A stretch of 64,000 nucleotides of DNA, taken from assembly GCA_030426605.1 (NCBI GenBank), contig JAUHXM010000003.1, positions 9,406 through 73,405 on the forward strand, given 5' to 3'. Shown one piece after another: positions 44,883-52,877 of the stretch (position 1 is its first letter; each line of letters begins with the position of its first letter). The stretch comes from Phycisphaerae bacterium (GTDB lineage: Bacteria; Planctomycetota; Phycisphaerae; Phycisphaerales; UBA1924). The position numbers and the translations under genes were made by a program. Under the pieces are notes generated by a model. The model ran no database searches. It was given only the letters and a program-made list of their open reading frames with translations, and was not told the DNA's origin.

Positions 44883-46417
44883 TTCCCACCCCCAGCGAGA
44901 ACGTCTCGAGCGAGATCGCCCGCCGGTTCACCGAACGGTGCGGGCAACTCGGGCTCGGCGTCTGGCGCCTCGGCGCGGACGGATCCGTCAGCAGCGCCCC
45001 GGAAAATCCGGACGCGGCGCTCGACGCCCACGCGCTGACCGCGCTCGCACACGCGTGGGCCGACGTGCCCGCGCCGGAGCCCGTTCGGCTGGAGAACGGC
45101 GGCTGGGTCCTGCCCTTCCCCGTGCTCGAACGCCGCGCCCGTGCCGGGCATTACGCGGCCTTCTTGCCCGCGGAGCCCTCGGGAGCCTCGCCCCCGGCGG
45201 GCACGGTCCACCAACTCCACCAAACACTCGCGTGGCTGCTCGATGAGCTGCGCACCGGCTCCACCGCCCGGGCGGACCTCGAGTACGTCACCGACCAGCT
45301 CACCGACTCGTACGAGTCCTTCCACTCGCTGTACGAAGTCGGCCGAGCGATGGGTCAGATCGACGAGCCCGACCGGTTCGTCCGCGGGCTCGTCGCCGAG
45401 CTGGGCGAGACGCTCCCATTCGCCTGGTTCCGCTGCGTGACAACCGACGGCGCGACGGGCGACGAATCCGTCGATGAACGCCGGTTCGAGCACGGCGATT
45501 TCCCGGCCGACGACGCCGACTTCGACCGCGTCATGGACCTCGTCCGCGCCCGCGAGACCGAGACCGGCGGTGACCGCACGATCATCCTCACGACGCCCCA
45601 CGATCTCGTGGGCGCCCTCGGCCCGCAGGTGATCGCCCAGCCCGTGCGCGCGGGCGGGCGCGGCATCGCGATGCTCGTCGCGGGCTCACGACAGGGCGCC
45701 GAGCCCGACGTCACGAGCCACGAGACCAAGCTCATCGAGGCCGCCGGCGGGTTGCTCGGCACCTTCCTCGAGAACGCCGGGCTCTATGTCGAGAAGGAAC
45801 GCACCTTCATCGGCACCATCCGCTCGATGACTTCCGCGATCGATGCCAAGGACCGCTACACCCGCGGCCACTCGATCCGCGTTGCCAAACTCTCGCGCCG
45901 CATCGCCCTCGCCGCGGGTCTCGACGACAAGACCGCCGAGCAGATCTATATCTCAGGGCTCGTGCACGATGTCGGCAAGATCGGCGTCCCCGAGGCCGTC
46001 CTCACCAAAGCCGGACGCCTGACCGACGAGGAGTTCGAGCTCATCAAGCGCCACCCAGACATCGGGCACGAGATCCTGAGCGGCATCCCCTCGCTCAAGC
46101 CGATCCTCCCGGGCGTGCTCCACCACCACGAACGCTGGGACGGCGCCGGCTACCCCCGCGGGCTCGCCGGGGCGGACATCCCCCTCATGGCGCGCGTCAT
46201 CGGGCTCGCCGACACCTTCGACGCCATGAGCTCAACACGCTCCTACCGCTCGGCCATGCCGCGCGACAAGGTCCTCGCCGAGATCGAACGCTGCGCGGGC
46301 ACCCAGTTCGACCCCGTCCTCGCGGCCCTCATGCCCACGATCGACCTCAGCGAGTACGACGCCCTCGTCGAAGAGCACCGCGCGACGGACCCGACCCACA
46401 CGCTCACCGCCGCCTGA
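44879..46417 (+). CDS. HD-GYP domain c-di-GMP phosphodiesterase with N-terminal sensory (GAF-like) region
   Basis: It contains RGHSIRVA...LVHDVGKIGVPEAVL...HHHERWDGAGYPRGL...DTFDAMSSTRSYR. Confidence 0.88.
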   Translation: MIPTPSENVSSEIARRFTERCGQLGLGVWRLGADGSVSSAPENPDAALDAHALTALAHAWADVPAPEPVRLENGGWVLPFPVLERRARAGHYAAFLPAEPSGASPPAGTVHQLHQTLAWLLDELRTGSTARADLEYVTDQLTDSYESFHSLYEVGRAMGQIDEPDRFVRGLVAELGETLPFAWFRCVTTDGATGDESVDERRFEHGDFPADDADFDRVMDLVRARETETGGDRTIILTTPHDLVGALGPQVIAQPVRAGGRGIAMLVAGSRQGAEPDVTSHETKLIEAAGGLLGTFLENAGLYVEKERTFIGTIRSMTSAIDAKDRYTRGHSIRVAKLSRRIALAAGLDDKTAEQIYISGLVHDVGKIGVPEAVLTKAGRLTDEEFELIKRHPDIGHEILSGIPSLKPILPGVLHHHERWDGAGYPRGLAGADIPLMARVIGLADTFDAMSSTRSYRSAMPRDKVLAEIERCAGTQFDPVLAALMPTIDLSEYDALVEEHRATDPTHTLTAA

Positions 46418-46422
46418 ACCCA

Positions 46423-47712
46423 TCAATCCAGATCTCGCCGCCACGGCTGCATCGTGAGAGTTGTCCCCGAGTCGCCGTCGGCGTACCCGGGCGGCGGCAC
46501 GTTCCGCGCTTCGCTCCAGGTGTCGAGTCGCAGGATCGCACCTACGTCCATCGTGATCTCGTTATCCGCGAACAAGTGCCCCTCGATCACAAGGTTCGCG
46601 CCGGTCGCGATCACGGCGTCACCCTCGATGTGGACAATGCCCTCGATCGAGCTCGGGTAGGTGTCGGCGGTGTCCGAGTCCTCCACGCCGCGCGCGTCGG
46701 GCACGCCCGCGGGGTTGAAGTTCACGCCCACGGACGATTCGGACAGATCGTCCGCGGTCATCTGGAACGTCATATCGCCCTCGCTCACGATCAACGCGGG
46801 GTACCCCTCCACGACCGGCGTGAACGAGTTCGACCCACGGATCACCGAGCCCGATCCGGGGTTGTACAGCACCAGAGTGCCGTGCATGCGGAAGTTCTCG
46901 ATTACCACATCCCGCCCGTTGAGCATGATCGAGTAGATGCCATCATCGTTGAGCGTGTTCGACTTGTACGGGTTGTGCCCAGGCCCGAGCGCCGCGTTCG
47001 TGAGCAGATGCACGTTGCTCACCCGTGGGATCTGCGATCTCGGGATCAGGACCCCCATCATGTCGTACGTGCGGGCGATATCAGCGCACGCGGGCAGCGT
47101 GCGCGCGCTCACGCTGCTCGCCGTGGTCGAGGTGTACACCGCGCCTTCGACCTTGTTCTCCGCTTCCACGGGCACGTGCACGAACGCGGTGTTGGCCTTC
47201 ACGTCGATCTTGGACGCGAGAGTCTCATCGCCCAGCACGGCGGCGTTGAACTCAAGCGTGACCGTATTCCCCCCAAGAGCGCCGACTTCCAGACAGTCGA
47301 GCGCTTTCGCCGACGAGACGGCCTCGAACGGGACGATGATCTGGCGGCGGGCGTCGCCGTACGTGCCGATACCGATCATCTCAAAGGGGTCGTCCGGGTC
47401 GGCACCCAGCGTCGCACCGCTGGGGCCGCAAACGGTGAGGGTGAACGTCCCGTCGCGCTCGTCGCCGGTCGGGGCGGCGTCAGCGAACCATTCCCCTTTC
47501 CCGCGGTCGGTCCGCCATCGATCGTCTTCCGAGATGTGCTGCATCCCCAGCTCGACCGCCGCCCGCGCGAGCGCCGCGGCCCGCGCGGTGTCGTGCGCCG
47601 TCTCCGCCCGCGCCCGCTGGCGCGTCTGCGCGAGCACGCCCGCGGTGCCGAGCAACGCGACGACGGTGACCGTCGAGAGCACGACCAGGTAGATGGATCC
47701 ACGCCGATGCAT
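46423..47712 (-). CDS. Large terminal minor-pilin-like protein (PilX/GspK-like N-terminus, beta-rich C-terminal domain)
   Basis: ATG at 47712 has GAGGAG 6 nt upstream. It begins MHRRGSIYLVVLSTVTVVALLG (hydrophobic, no Glu5). It is the last gene of the pilin block. The C-terminal half has repetitive beta-strand-like segments. Confidence 0.5.
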   Translation of the reverse strand: MHRRGSIYLVVLSTVTVVALLGTAGVLAQTRQRARAETAHDTARAAALARAAVELGMQHISEDDRWRTDRGKGEWFADAAPTGDERDGTFTLTVCGPSGATLGADPDDPFEMIGIGTYGDARRQIIVPFEAVSSAKALDCLEVGALGGNTVTLEFNAAVLGDETLASKIDVKANTAFVHVPVEAENKVEGAVYTSTTASSVSARTLPACADIARTYDMMGVLIPRSQIPRVSNVHLLTNAALGPGHNPYKSNTLNDDGIYSIMLNGRDVVIENFRMHGTLVLYNPGSGSVIRGSNSFTPVVEGYPALIVSEGDMTFQMTADDLSESSVGVNFNPAGVPDARGVEDSDTADTYPSSIEGIVHIEGDAVIATGANLVIEGHLFADNEITMDVGAILRLDTWSEARNVPPPGYADGDSGTTLTMQPWRRDLD

Positions 47713-47722
47713 CGTCACCTCC

Positions 47723-48340
47723 TCAGCGCCCCAGCAGCCCGCCGATGCCCAGCACGTCCAGCAGCCCGCCGCCGTCGTCGGAAGCGTCGGCGGGCGGCAT
47801 GCCCGAGCGGATCGCGTCCGCGCCGAGCGTGCGCAGGCCGACCGCGCGACCGACGACCTTGCGGTCGTGGGTGACCGTGACCGTGATCCGCTTGACCCCC
47901 TGCCCGCCCGAGAGCACGCCCAGGTCGGCCAGGGTGTCCGCGTTCACGAGCTTGACCTCGACGGACCGAGTCCAGGACTTGGAGTACCCAGCCAGCGCGG
48001 TGCCGTCCCCATCCGTCGGCGGGGAGGCCGACCACCCGTCGAAGTCGTCCACGTCGTCGAACGACCCCCACTGTGTCGGCGAGCCTTCATCGGACTCAAT
48101 TTTGATGATGCCCAGATCGATCGCGAGGTCCGGGTCCGAGTAGGGCAACGCCGAGATCGCGTCGAGCAGGTCCTCGGCGAGCAGCTGCCCGCGGGCCTGG
48201 TCCACGGTGCGCTCACGCTCGAGCACCGAGGCCCCCACCGCGTTCATCGCCGCGAGCATGAGCCCCGCGATCAGCATCGTCGAGATGACGACCTCGATGA
48301 GGGTGAGCGCACGCCGGGTTGTCCGCATGGATCGCATCAC
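47723..48340 (-). CDS. Prepilin-type minor pilin/pseudopilin
   Basis: The N-terminus is TTRRA|LTLIEVVISTMLIAGLMLAAM. Its start overlaps the upstream stop (ATGA). Confidence 0.65.
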   Translation of the reverse strand: MMRSMRTTRRALTLIEVVISTMLIAGLMLAAMNAVGASVLERERTVDQARGQLLAEDLLDAISALPYSDPDLAIDLGIIKIESDEGSPTQWGSFDDVDDFDGWSASPPTDGDGTALAGYSKSWTRSVEVKLVNADTLADLGVLSGGQGVKRITVTVTHDRKVVGRAVGLRTLGADAIRSGMPPADASDDGGGLLDVLGIGGLLGR

Positions 48341-48837
48341 TCGGGCCCGTTCACGAGCTGGACGCGCCGGCGGAACGGCTCGCCCGGCATGTCCATGAGG
48401 GTGATCTCGATGGTGACGGCGACCGTCGCCGCCCCGTCCCGTTCTGCCTGCGCCGAGAAGGTCGCAACGCCGTCCAGCAGAACGAGCGTCCGCTGGTCCG
48501 GATCGCTCCAGACGGCGACGAGCTCGTCGGTGTCCACGTCCACGCCGTACTTGACCCGCTCGTCCGCCTTGTCGCCGTTTCGGTCGGCGACCGTCGCGTT
48601 GATGCGCGATGCCACAGCGATGGTCTGCGCGTACGCGAGGTCGTCGGCGATGATCTCCAACGCCCGGGCCGCCTCGATGGCCCGCGCCGCCCGGCTGTCC
48701 GGGTCCGGGATCGCCCGCGACGCGAGCACCATGACGGACCCCATCGAGACGAGCAGCACCGTCGCGATCGACAGGCTGACCGCCATCTCCGCGAGCGTGA
48801 ACGCGCGGGCGCGATGTCCTGGCCGCCGGGCCATCAA
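48337..48837 (-). CDS. Prepilin-type minor pilin/pseudopilin
   Basis: The N-terminus is HRARA|FTLAEMAVSLSIATVLLVSM. Its start overlaps the upstream stop (ATGA). Confidence 0.65.
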   Translation of the reverse strand: MMARRPGHRARAFTLAEMAVSLSIATVLLVSMGSVMVLASRAIPDPDSRAARAIEAARALEIIADDLAYAQTIAVASRINATVADRNGDKADERVKYGVDVDTDELVAVWSDPDQRTLVLLDGVATFSAQAERDGAATVAVTIEITLMDMPGEPFRRRVQLVNGPE

Positions 48838-49409
48838 GGCGTCAGTTCCTTCAATTCGATCGCTTCTGCCTTCGCCTCGGTCGCAACCAGCACCGTGTCC
48901 GGCGCGAGCGAGCCGACGCTGAGGTCCACCGACCCGCCGCCCCAGAGGCGCAGCTCGGAGATCTCCACGGTGCTCTGCCCCGCCTGGACGGCGACGACGG
49001 CGTAGTACCGCCCCGCCATCACCGCGATGTATGCGTCCTCCGTCGCGAGCCCCTGCGCGTCAAACACGGGCGACCCGAGCGCCGCCGCACGCTGGGCGAG
49101 GTACAGGTCGCTGTCGTACGGCGATGAATCCAACGCAAACTTCGAGCGCACCTCACCCGCGAGCGGTCCGGACACGAACGTCACATTCAACGACTCAGCC
49201 ACCATGTCCGCGTTCGCGGTCACCTCACATTCCTGGGCCCGCGCGAGCTCGGACGCGAACCGAAGTTCCTCGGCGATGCGCCGCGCCGCCAGGTCCGCCC
49301 GGTAGCGTGTCGCCGCCATGCCGTACCGCGGCGCCGCGACCGCCGCGATCACCGCGATGATCGCGACGACGATCACGAGCTCGATCAGGCTGAACGCGCG
49401 GGGGTGCAT
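48834..49409 (-). CDS. GspH/FimT-like minor pilin
   Basis: It begins MHPRA|FSLIELVIVVAIIAVIAAVAAPRY, followed by RRIAEELRFASELA, typical of GspH/FimT family N-termini. Confidence 0.65.
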   Translation of the reverse strand: MHPRAFSLIELVIVVAIIAVIAAVAAPRYGMAATRYRADLAARRIAEELRFASELARAQECEVTANADMVAESLNVTFVSGPLAGEVRSKFALDSSPYDSDLYLAQRAAALGSPVFDAQGLATEDAYIAVMAGRYYAVVAVQAGQSTVEISELRLWGGGSVDLSVGSLAPDTVLVATEAKAEAIELKELTP

Positions 49410-49420
49410 GCGGGCTCCTC

Positions 49421-49480
49421 AACGAGAAAGCCGCCGACACTCACACCCGCAGCGAATGCTGCACGGCGTGGGCGGCGGCG
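49421..49480 (-). terminator. Candidate attenuator/terminator hairpin downstream of the major pilin gene
   Basis: A GC-rich outer stem (GCCGCCG 49430..49436 pairing with CGGCGGC 49473..49479) encloses a perfect inner hairpin, GCAGC-GAAT-GCTGC (49449..49462). On the minus strand it is followed by CTTTCTCGTT (49430..49421). It lies in the 104-nt gap between the pilin gene and the minor-pilin block. Confidence 0.25.
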
Positions 49481-49513
49481 ACCCCATTGGTTCGTCCAGC
49501 GGGTGAGCGAGAC

Positions 49514-50011
49514 TTAGTACGACGAGTACGCCACGCCGCGGTCGTCGGTCTCGGTGCCCGGCAGGTTCGCCGAGATGGTGCCGGTGTCCTCGTCGTACAC
49601 CCACCCGGCGGTCGTGCCGCCCTGCGTCGCGACGATGCCGTTCTGACCGCGGTTGGTCCCAACCTTGAGGGCCGGGATCGAGCGGAGGTAGGGCCCATAG
49701 ATATGGGTCGAGTCCTTGGTCGCGCTCGTCGCACCGGCGGCGCTCGTGAACTGGGTCAGCTCATCCTCGAACGCCGCGAACGAGGGGTAGTCGCCGCCGT
49801 GCTCGGCCTCGTAGAGGTCGATCGCGTTGCGGAGCACCGCGAGGTCCGCGACAAGGGCCGAATCGGCGGCGCCCGCGGCACCGCGGCTCATCCGCGGGAT
49901 CGCGATGGCACCGATGATGCCGATGATGACCACGACGATCACGAGCTCGATCATGCTGAACGCACGCGCTCGGCTCGCTCCCTGAATACGACTCTGAAGT
50001 GCTGCCAGCAT
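49514..50011 (-). CDS. Major pilin/pseudopilin-like protein (system 2)
   Basis: It reads SRARA|FSMIELVIVVVIIGIIGAIAIPRM, then DLAVLRNAIDLYEAEHGGDYP, a GspG/type IV pilin-like pattern. The product is 165 aa. It is the first pilin gene after the assembly genes and has its own flanking gaps. Confidence 0.75.
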   Translation of the reverse strand: MLAALQSRIQGASRARAFSMIELVIVVVIIGIIGAIAIPRMSRGAAGAADSALVADLAVLRNAIDLYEAEHGGDYPSFAAFEDELTQFTSAAGATSATKDSTHIYGPYLRSIPALKVGTNRGQNGIVATQGGTTAGWVYDEDTGTISANLPGTETDDRGVAYSSY

Positions 50012-50081
50012 GGCTCATGTCTCCAAACGGGGTTTCCCTGACGGGTTCGCGATTCACAGATCGGTGCGATGACACCCCGGC

Positions 50082-50672
50082 TTAAGTGTCCGGGCCCGAT
50101 CCAGAATCTCCCGCCGGCGCAACCCCACCCCGGGGTGTTATCGGCTTCATATACGGCGCCTCTCTCATCTTCAGCGTGTGCTCTCGGGCGCCGTCGCGGA
50201 GGACGGCAGACCCCGTCCGCACGCTGATGAGCCGATAACCGGTCCCGGGGACCACCTCGCCGACGCGCACCGAGTGCCCGTTGATGATCGCCAACCCCGA
50301 CGCGCCCGGCAGCACCGCGCTGAGCGACAGCGCACGCGCGGGATCGATGCCCGGCTCTTCAACCCCATCCGTGCCCGCGGACGCGGCGATCCCACCCCAC
50401 GACTCCGGGATGCTGAACGCATCGCTGAGCGTGTGCCCCTCGACCCCGGTCTCGCGCACACGACGCGCGATCGGCGCGAGCGAACCGGTCTTGGGCGCCG
50501 CCCCCGCGTCCTCGGCCAGAACCGTCGGGGCCGCGCCCGCGGACGCGTCCGCCGGCGGCACCGTCCCCGCAGAGACCGAAGCCGGCGCAAAGAACACCTG
50601 ATCCATGAGCAGCGCCGCGACCGCGACGACGAGCACGCCCACAAACACCTTGCGTTCCTTCGTCAGCTTCAT
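50082..50672 (-). CDS. PilP/GspC-like protein
   Basis: ATG at 50672 overlaps the pilO-like stop by 1 nt. It begins MKLTKERKVFVGVLVVAVAALLM (a TM helix), followed by an Ala/Pro linker and a C-terminal domain (LAIINGHSVRVGEVVPGTGYRLISVRTGSAVL) resembling PilP/GspC beta domains. The rest of the track ORF (to 50993) was rejected. Confidence 0.5.
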   Translation of the reverse strand: MKLTKERKVFVGVLVVAVAALLMDQVFFAPASVSAGTVPPADASAGAAPTVLAEDAGAAPKTGSLAPIARRVRETGVEGHTLSDAFSIPESWGGIAASAGTDGVEEPGIDPARALSLSAVLPGASGLAIINGHSVRVGEVVPGTGYRLISVRTGSAVLRDGAREHTLKMREAPYMKPITPRGGVAPAGDSGSGPDT

Positions 50673-51217
50673 CAGTCCGCTCCCTCGGCCGAGTCCGAGA
50701 ACCACGCGAGCCGCATCGAGAAGCCGCCGTCGCCTGTCCGGGCGTCGCCGCGCAGCTCGAACGAGTCGATGGTGACGTTGGGCATCCGCTCGATGACATC
50801 GGACATGAACAAGGCACAGGCCTCGAACGCACCAACGCCGTCCGCCTCGATGGGGGTCACATCGAACAGCTGCGTCCGGCTTGCATCGCCCGCGCTGAGG
50901 GAATCCAGCCGGACGCCGCGCTCCGTCGCGATCGAGGCGAGCCGGGCCATGCCCGCGTTGAGCGTCCCCCGTTGGTCCCGCTGCGCGGCCCAACCGGCAC
51001 CCAGATCCTGCACCGCGACGAGCTCCTCACGCATCGCCCGCTGCTCCTGTAGCGCCACGTCGCGATCCGCGAGCAGACGCGCACGCTCTTCGTTGAGCTC
51101 GCGCTGGACCTCGTTCCGGTCGAGCTCGGGCAGCACACCAACGACGACCCCACCCGCGATCACGCCCACCAGGGCGACGCCCCCGATGGCGTGTGTTCTC
51201 CAGCCCGCCGCGTTCAT
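50672..51217 (-). CDS. pilO: PilO/GspM-like protein
   Basis: ATG at 51217 overlaps the pilN-like stop (ATGA). It has a TM helix (AIGGVALVGVIAGGVVVGVL), a coiled coil and an alpha/beta C-terminal domain. It follows pilN in the operon. Confidence 0.55.
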   Translation of the reverse strand: MNAAGWRTHAIGGVALVGVIAGGVVVGVLPELDRNEVQRELNEERARLLADRDVALQEQRAMREELVAVQDLGAGWAAQRDQRGTLNAGMARLASIATERGVRLDSLSAGDASRTQLFDVTPIEADGVGAFEACALFMSDVIERMPNVTIDSFELRGDARTGDGGFSMRLAWFSDSAEGAD

Positions 51218-51828
51218 GGCGTCACCTCCGCGACCCGCGCCTCGCCCCAGAGGTCGGCATCCAACTCGAACGACACGCACGCGCGAGACCCGATCGTCAC
51301 GGGCCCCGTCCGCATGGGCGACACCCGGTCGAACAGCCCGGACTCCTCCAACGCCAACGCGTACGCCTGAGCGCTCGCCAGGTCACGCCCCACGCCCTCG
51401 AGCGTGATCGACACCCGCGACCCACCCCCCGGTTCCGCGGGCGTCCCGTCCGCCGCCAGCGTGCCGAGATCCACACGCACGATCGTGACCCGCTCGGCGC
51501 GGTGCGCGTCGAGCGTCGCCAGCAGCCGGCCCCAGTCCGGGCGGTCCGACAACCGCGTCGCGGCCCCCGCTTCGGCTCGGGCACGCGCCATCAGCCCGCG
51601 CATCCGCTCGAGGTCCGACCCGATGTCGGTCAGCTGTGCCTTCAGACGTGCGACGTCTCCCCGCGCCGACCGAACCCCCGCGTCGGAGCCGACCCGCAAC
51701 CCGGCCGTCCCCAGCGCCACCAGCGCGGCAGCGGAGACGACCGCGATGCCCCAGCGCAGCCGCCACCGACGCTCGGCGCGGTGCTCGAGAATCACACCGG
51801 GGATCAGGTTGACACGAACGTGCGTCAT
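51214..51828 (-). CDS. pilN: PilN-like protein
   Basis: ATG at 51828 overlaps the pilM stop (ATGA). It begins MTHVRVNLIP, matching the PilN N-terminal INLLP-type motif that binds PilM. A TM helix and coiled coil follow. Confidence 0.6.
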   Translation of the reverse strand: MTHVRVNLIPGVILEHRAERRWRLRWGIAVVSAAALVALGTAGLRVGSDAGVRSARGDVARLKAQLTDIGSDLERMRGLMARARAEAGAATRLSDRPDWGRLLATLDAHRAERVTIVRVDLGTLAADGTPAEPGGGSRVSITLEGVGRDLASAQAYALALEESGLFDRVSPMRTGPVTIGSRACVSFELDADLWGEARVAEVTP

Positions 51829-52877
51829 CCAGCCCCCCCGCCATCGAGACCGGCCAGGGCGCACGCCGCCGCGAGCGTCGGCCCCGGTGCCGTCGAGACC
51901 GCGTCGGAGGCGTTCGTCACCAGACGATCGGCCACCAACGGCGTTGTCTCGATCCCACCGATCGTGTTGACCCGATCCACAACGACGCTCAGCGACGCCC
52001 CGCCACCGCACAGCAGGACCGCTCCCGCCGCGTCCTTGCGGTACCGGTGCGAGGCGTACCCGAGCGACGCCTGGATCTCGGTGACCAGCGTCCCCGCGAG
52101 TTCGTCGATCGCACGGCGCACCGACGCATGGCCCGAAACCCCACGCAACGTCGCGTCCCGCACGAGCATCTCAGCCGACCCCGGATCCATCCGCCCCGTC
52201 GTGCTCGCCCGCGCCACGACGCCACTCAAACCGCACGACTCGCATTCACGCTGATACACAAGCACGCCCTGGTACATCACACCCAGCGTGGTGCTCGCCC
52301 ACCCAACGTCCGCGATCACCGTGAACGGCTCCGCGCCCAAACCGCGCGCGGCGACCGCCGTGCACAGCGCCGTGAGCACCGGCTCGGCGCCGACCACCTC
52401 GATCCCGACCTCCTCGAACCGCTCCACGACCTCGACCAGCGGGGACCGCTCGGTCGCGAGGGCCATGGCCGTCCCGCCCGATGAACGCCGACCACTCGAT
52501 GGCATCTCCCACCACGCCTGCTCGATCGAGGACGGGTCGAGCTTGCGGACACGTGCGATCTCCGCGGCCACGATCTGATCGACCGGAACGCCGTCCGCCT
52601 TGGGGGGGCGCTCGATCTCCTCGAACATCGCCGCCGAACGCGGCACGCCGAGCACCACCGCGTGACCGGTGAACCCCTGCCGGAACAAAACGCGCTCGAT
52701 CCGTGCGATCTCTTCCGCGTCCGGGTAGACCCCGGTGCCCGTGCGGGCGAACTCGGTCGCCGCCGCAAGCTGCACCGCCACCCCCGGCGCACGCACCTGC
52801 GCGGCCTTGATCGTCTTCGACCCCACGTCGAGCCCGATCGGAGATCGCGTCGTGTTGTTCGCCAGCGGGTTTCTCAC
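51825..52877 (-). CDS. pilM: PilM-like actin-fold pilus assembly protein
   Basis: It contains IGLDVGSKTIKAAQV and LLCGGGASL, actin/HSP70-like phosphate motifs. The product is 350 aa and lies upstream of pilN. GTG at 52877 overlaps the pilC stop (GTGA). Confidence 0.75.
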   Translation of the reverse strand: MRNPLANNTTRSPIGLDVGSKTIKAAQVRAPGVAVQLAAATEFARTGTGVYPDAEEIARIERVLFRQGFTGHAVVLGVPRSAAMFEEIERPPKADGVPVDQIVAAEIARVRKLDPSSIEQAWWEMPSSGRRSSGGTAMALATERSPLVEVVERFEEVGIEVVGAEPVLTALCTAVAARGLGAEPFTVIADVGWASTTLGVMYQGVLVYQRECESCGLSGVVARASTTGRMDPGSAEMLVRDATLRGVSGHASVRRAIDELAGTLVTEIQASLGYASHRYRKDAAGAVLLCGGGASLSVVVDRVNTIGGIETTPLVADRLVTNASDAVSTAPGPTLAAACALAGLDGGGAG

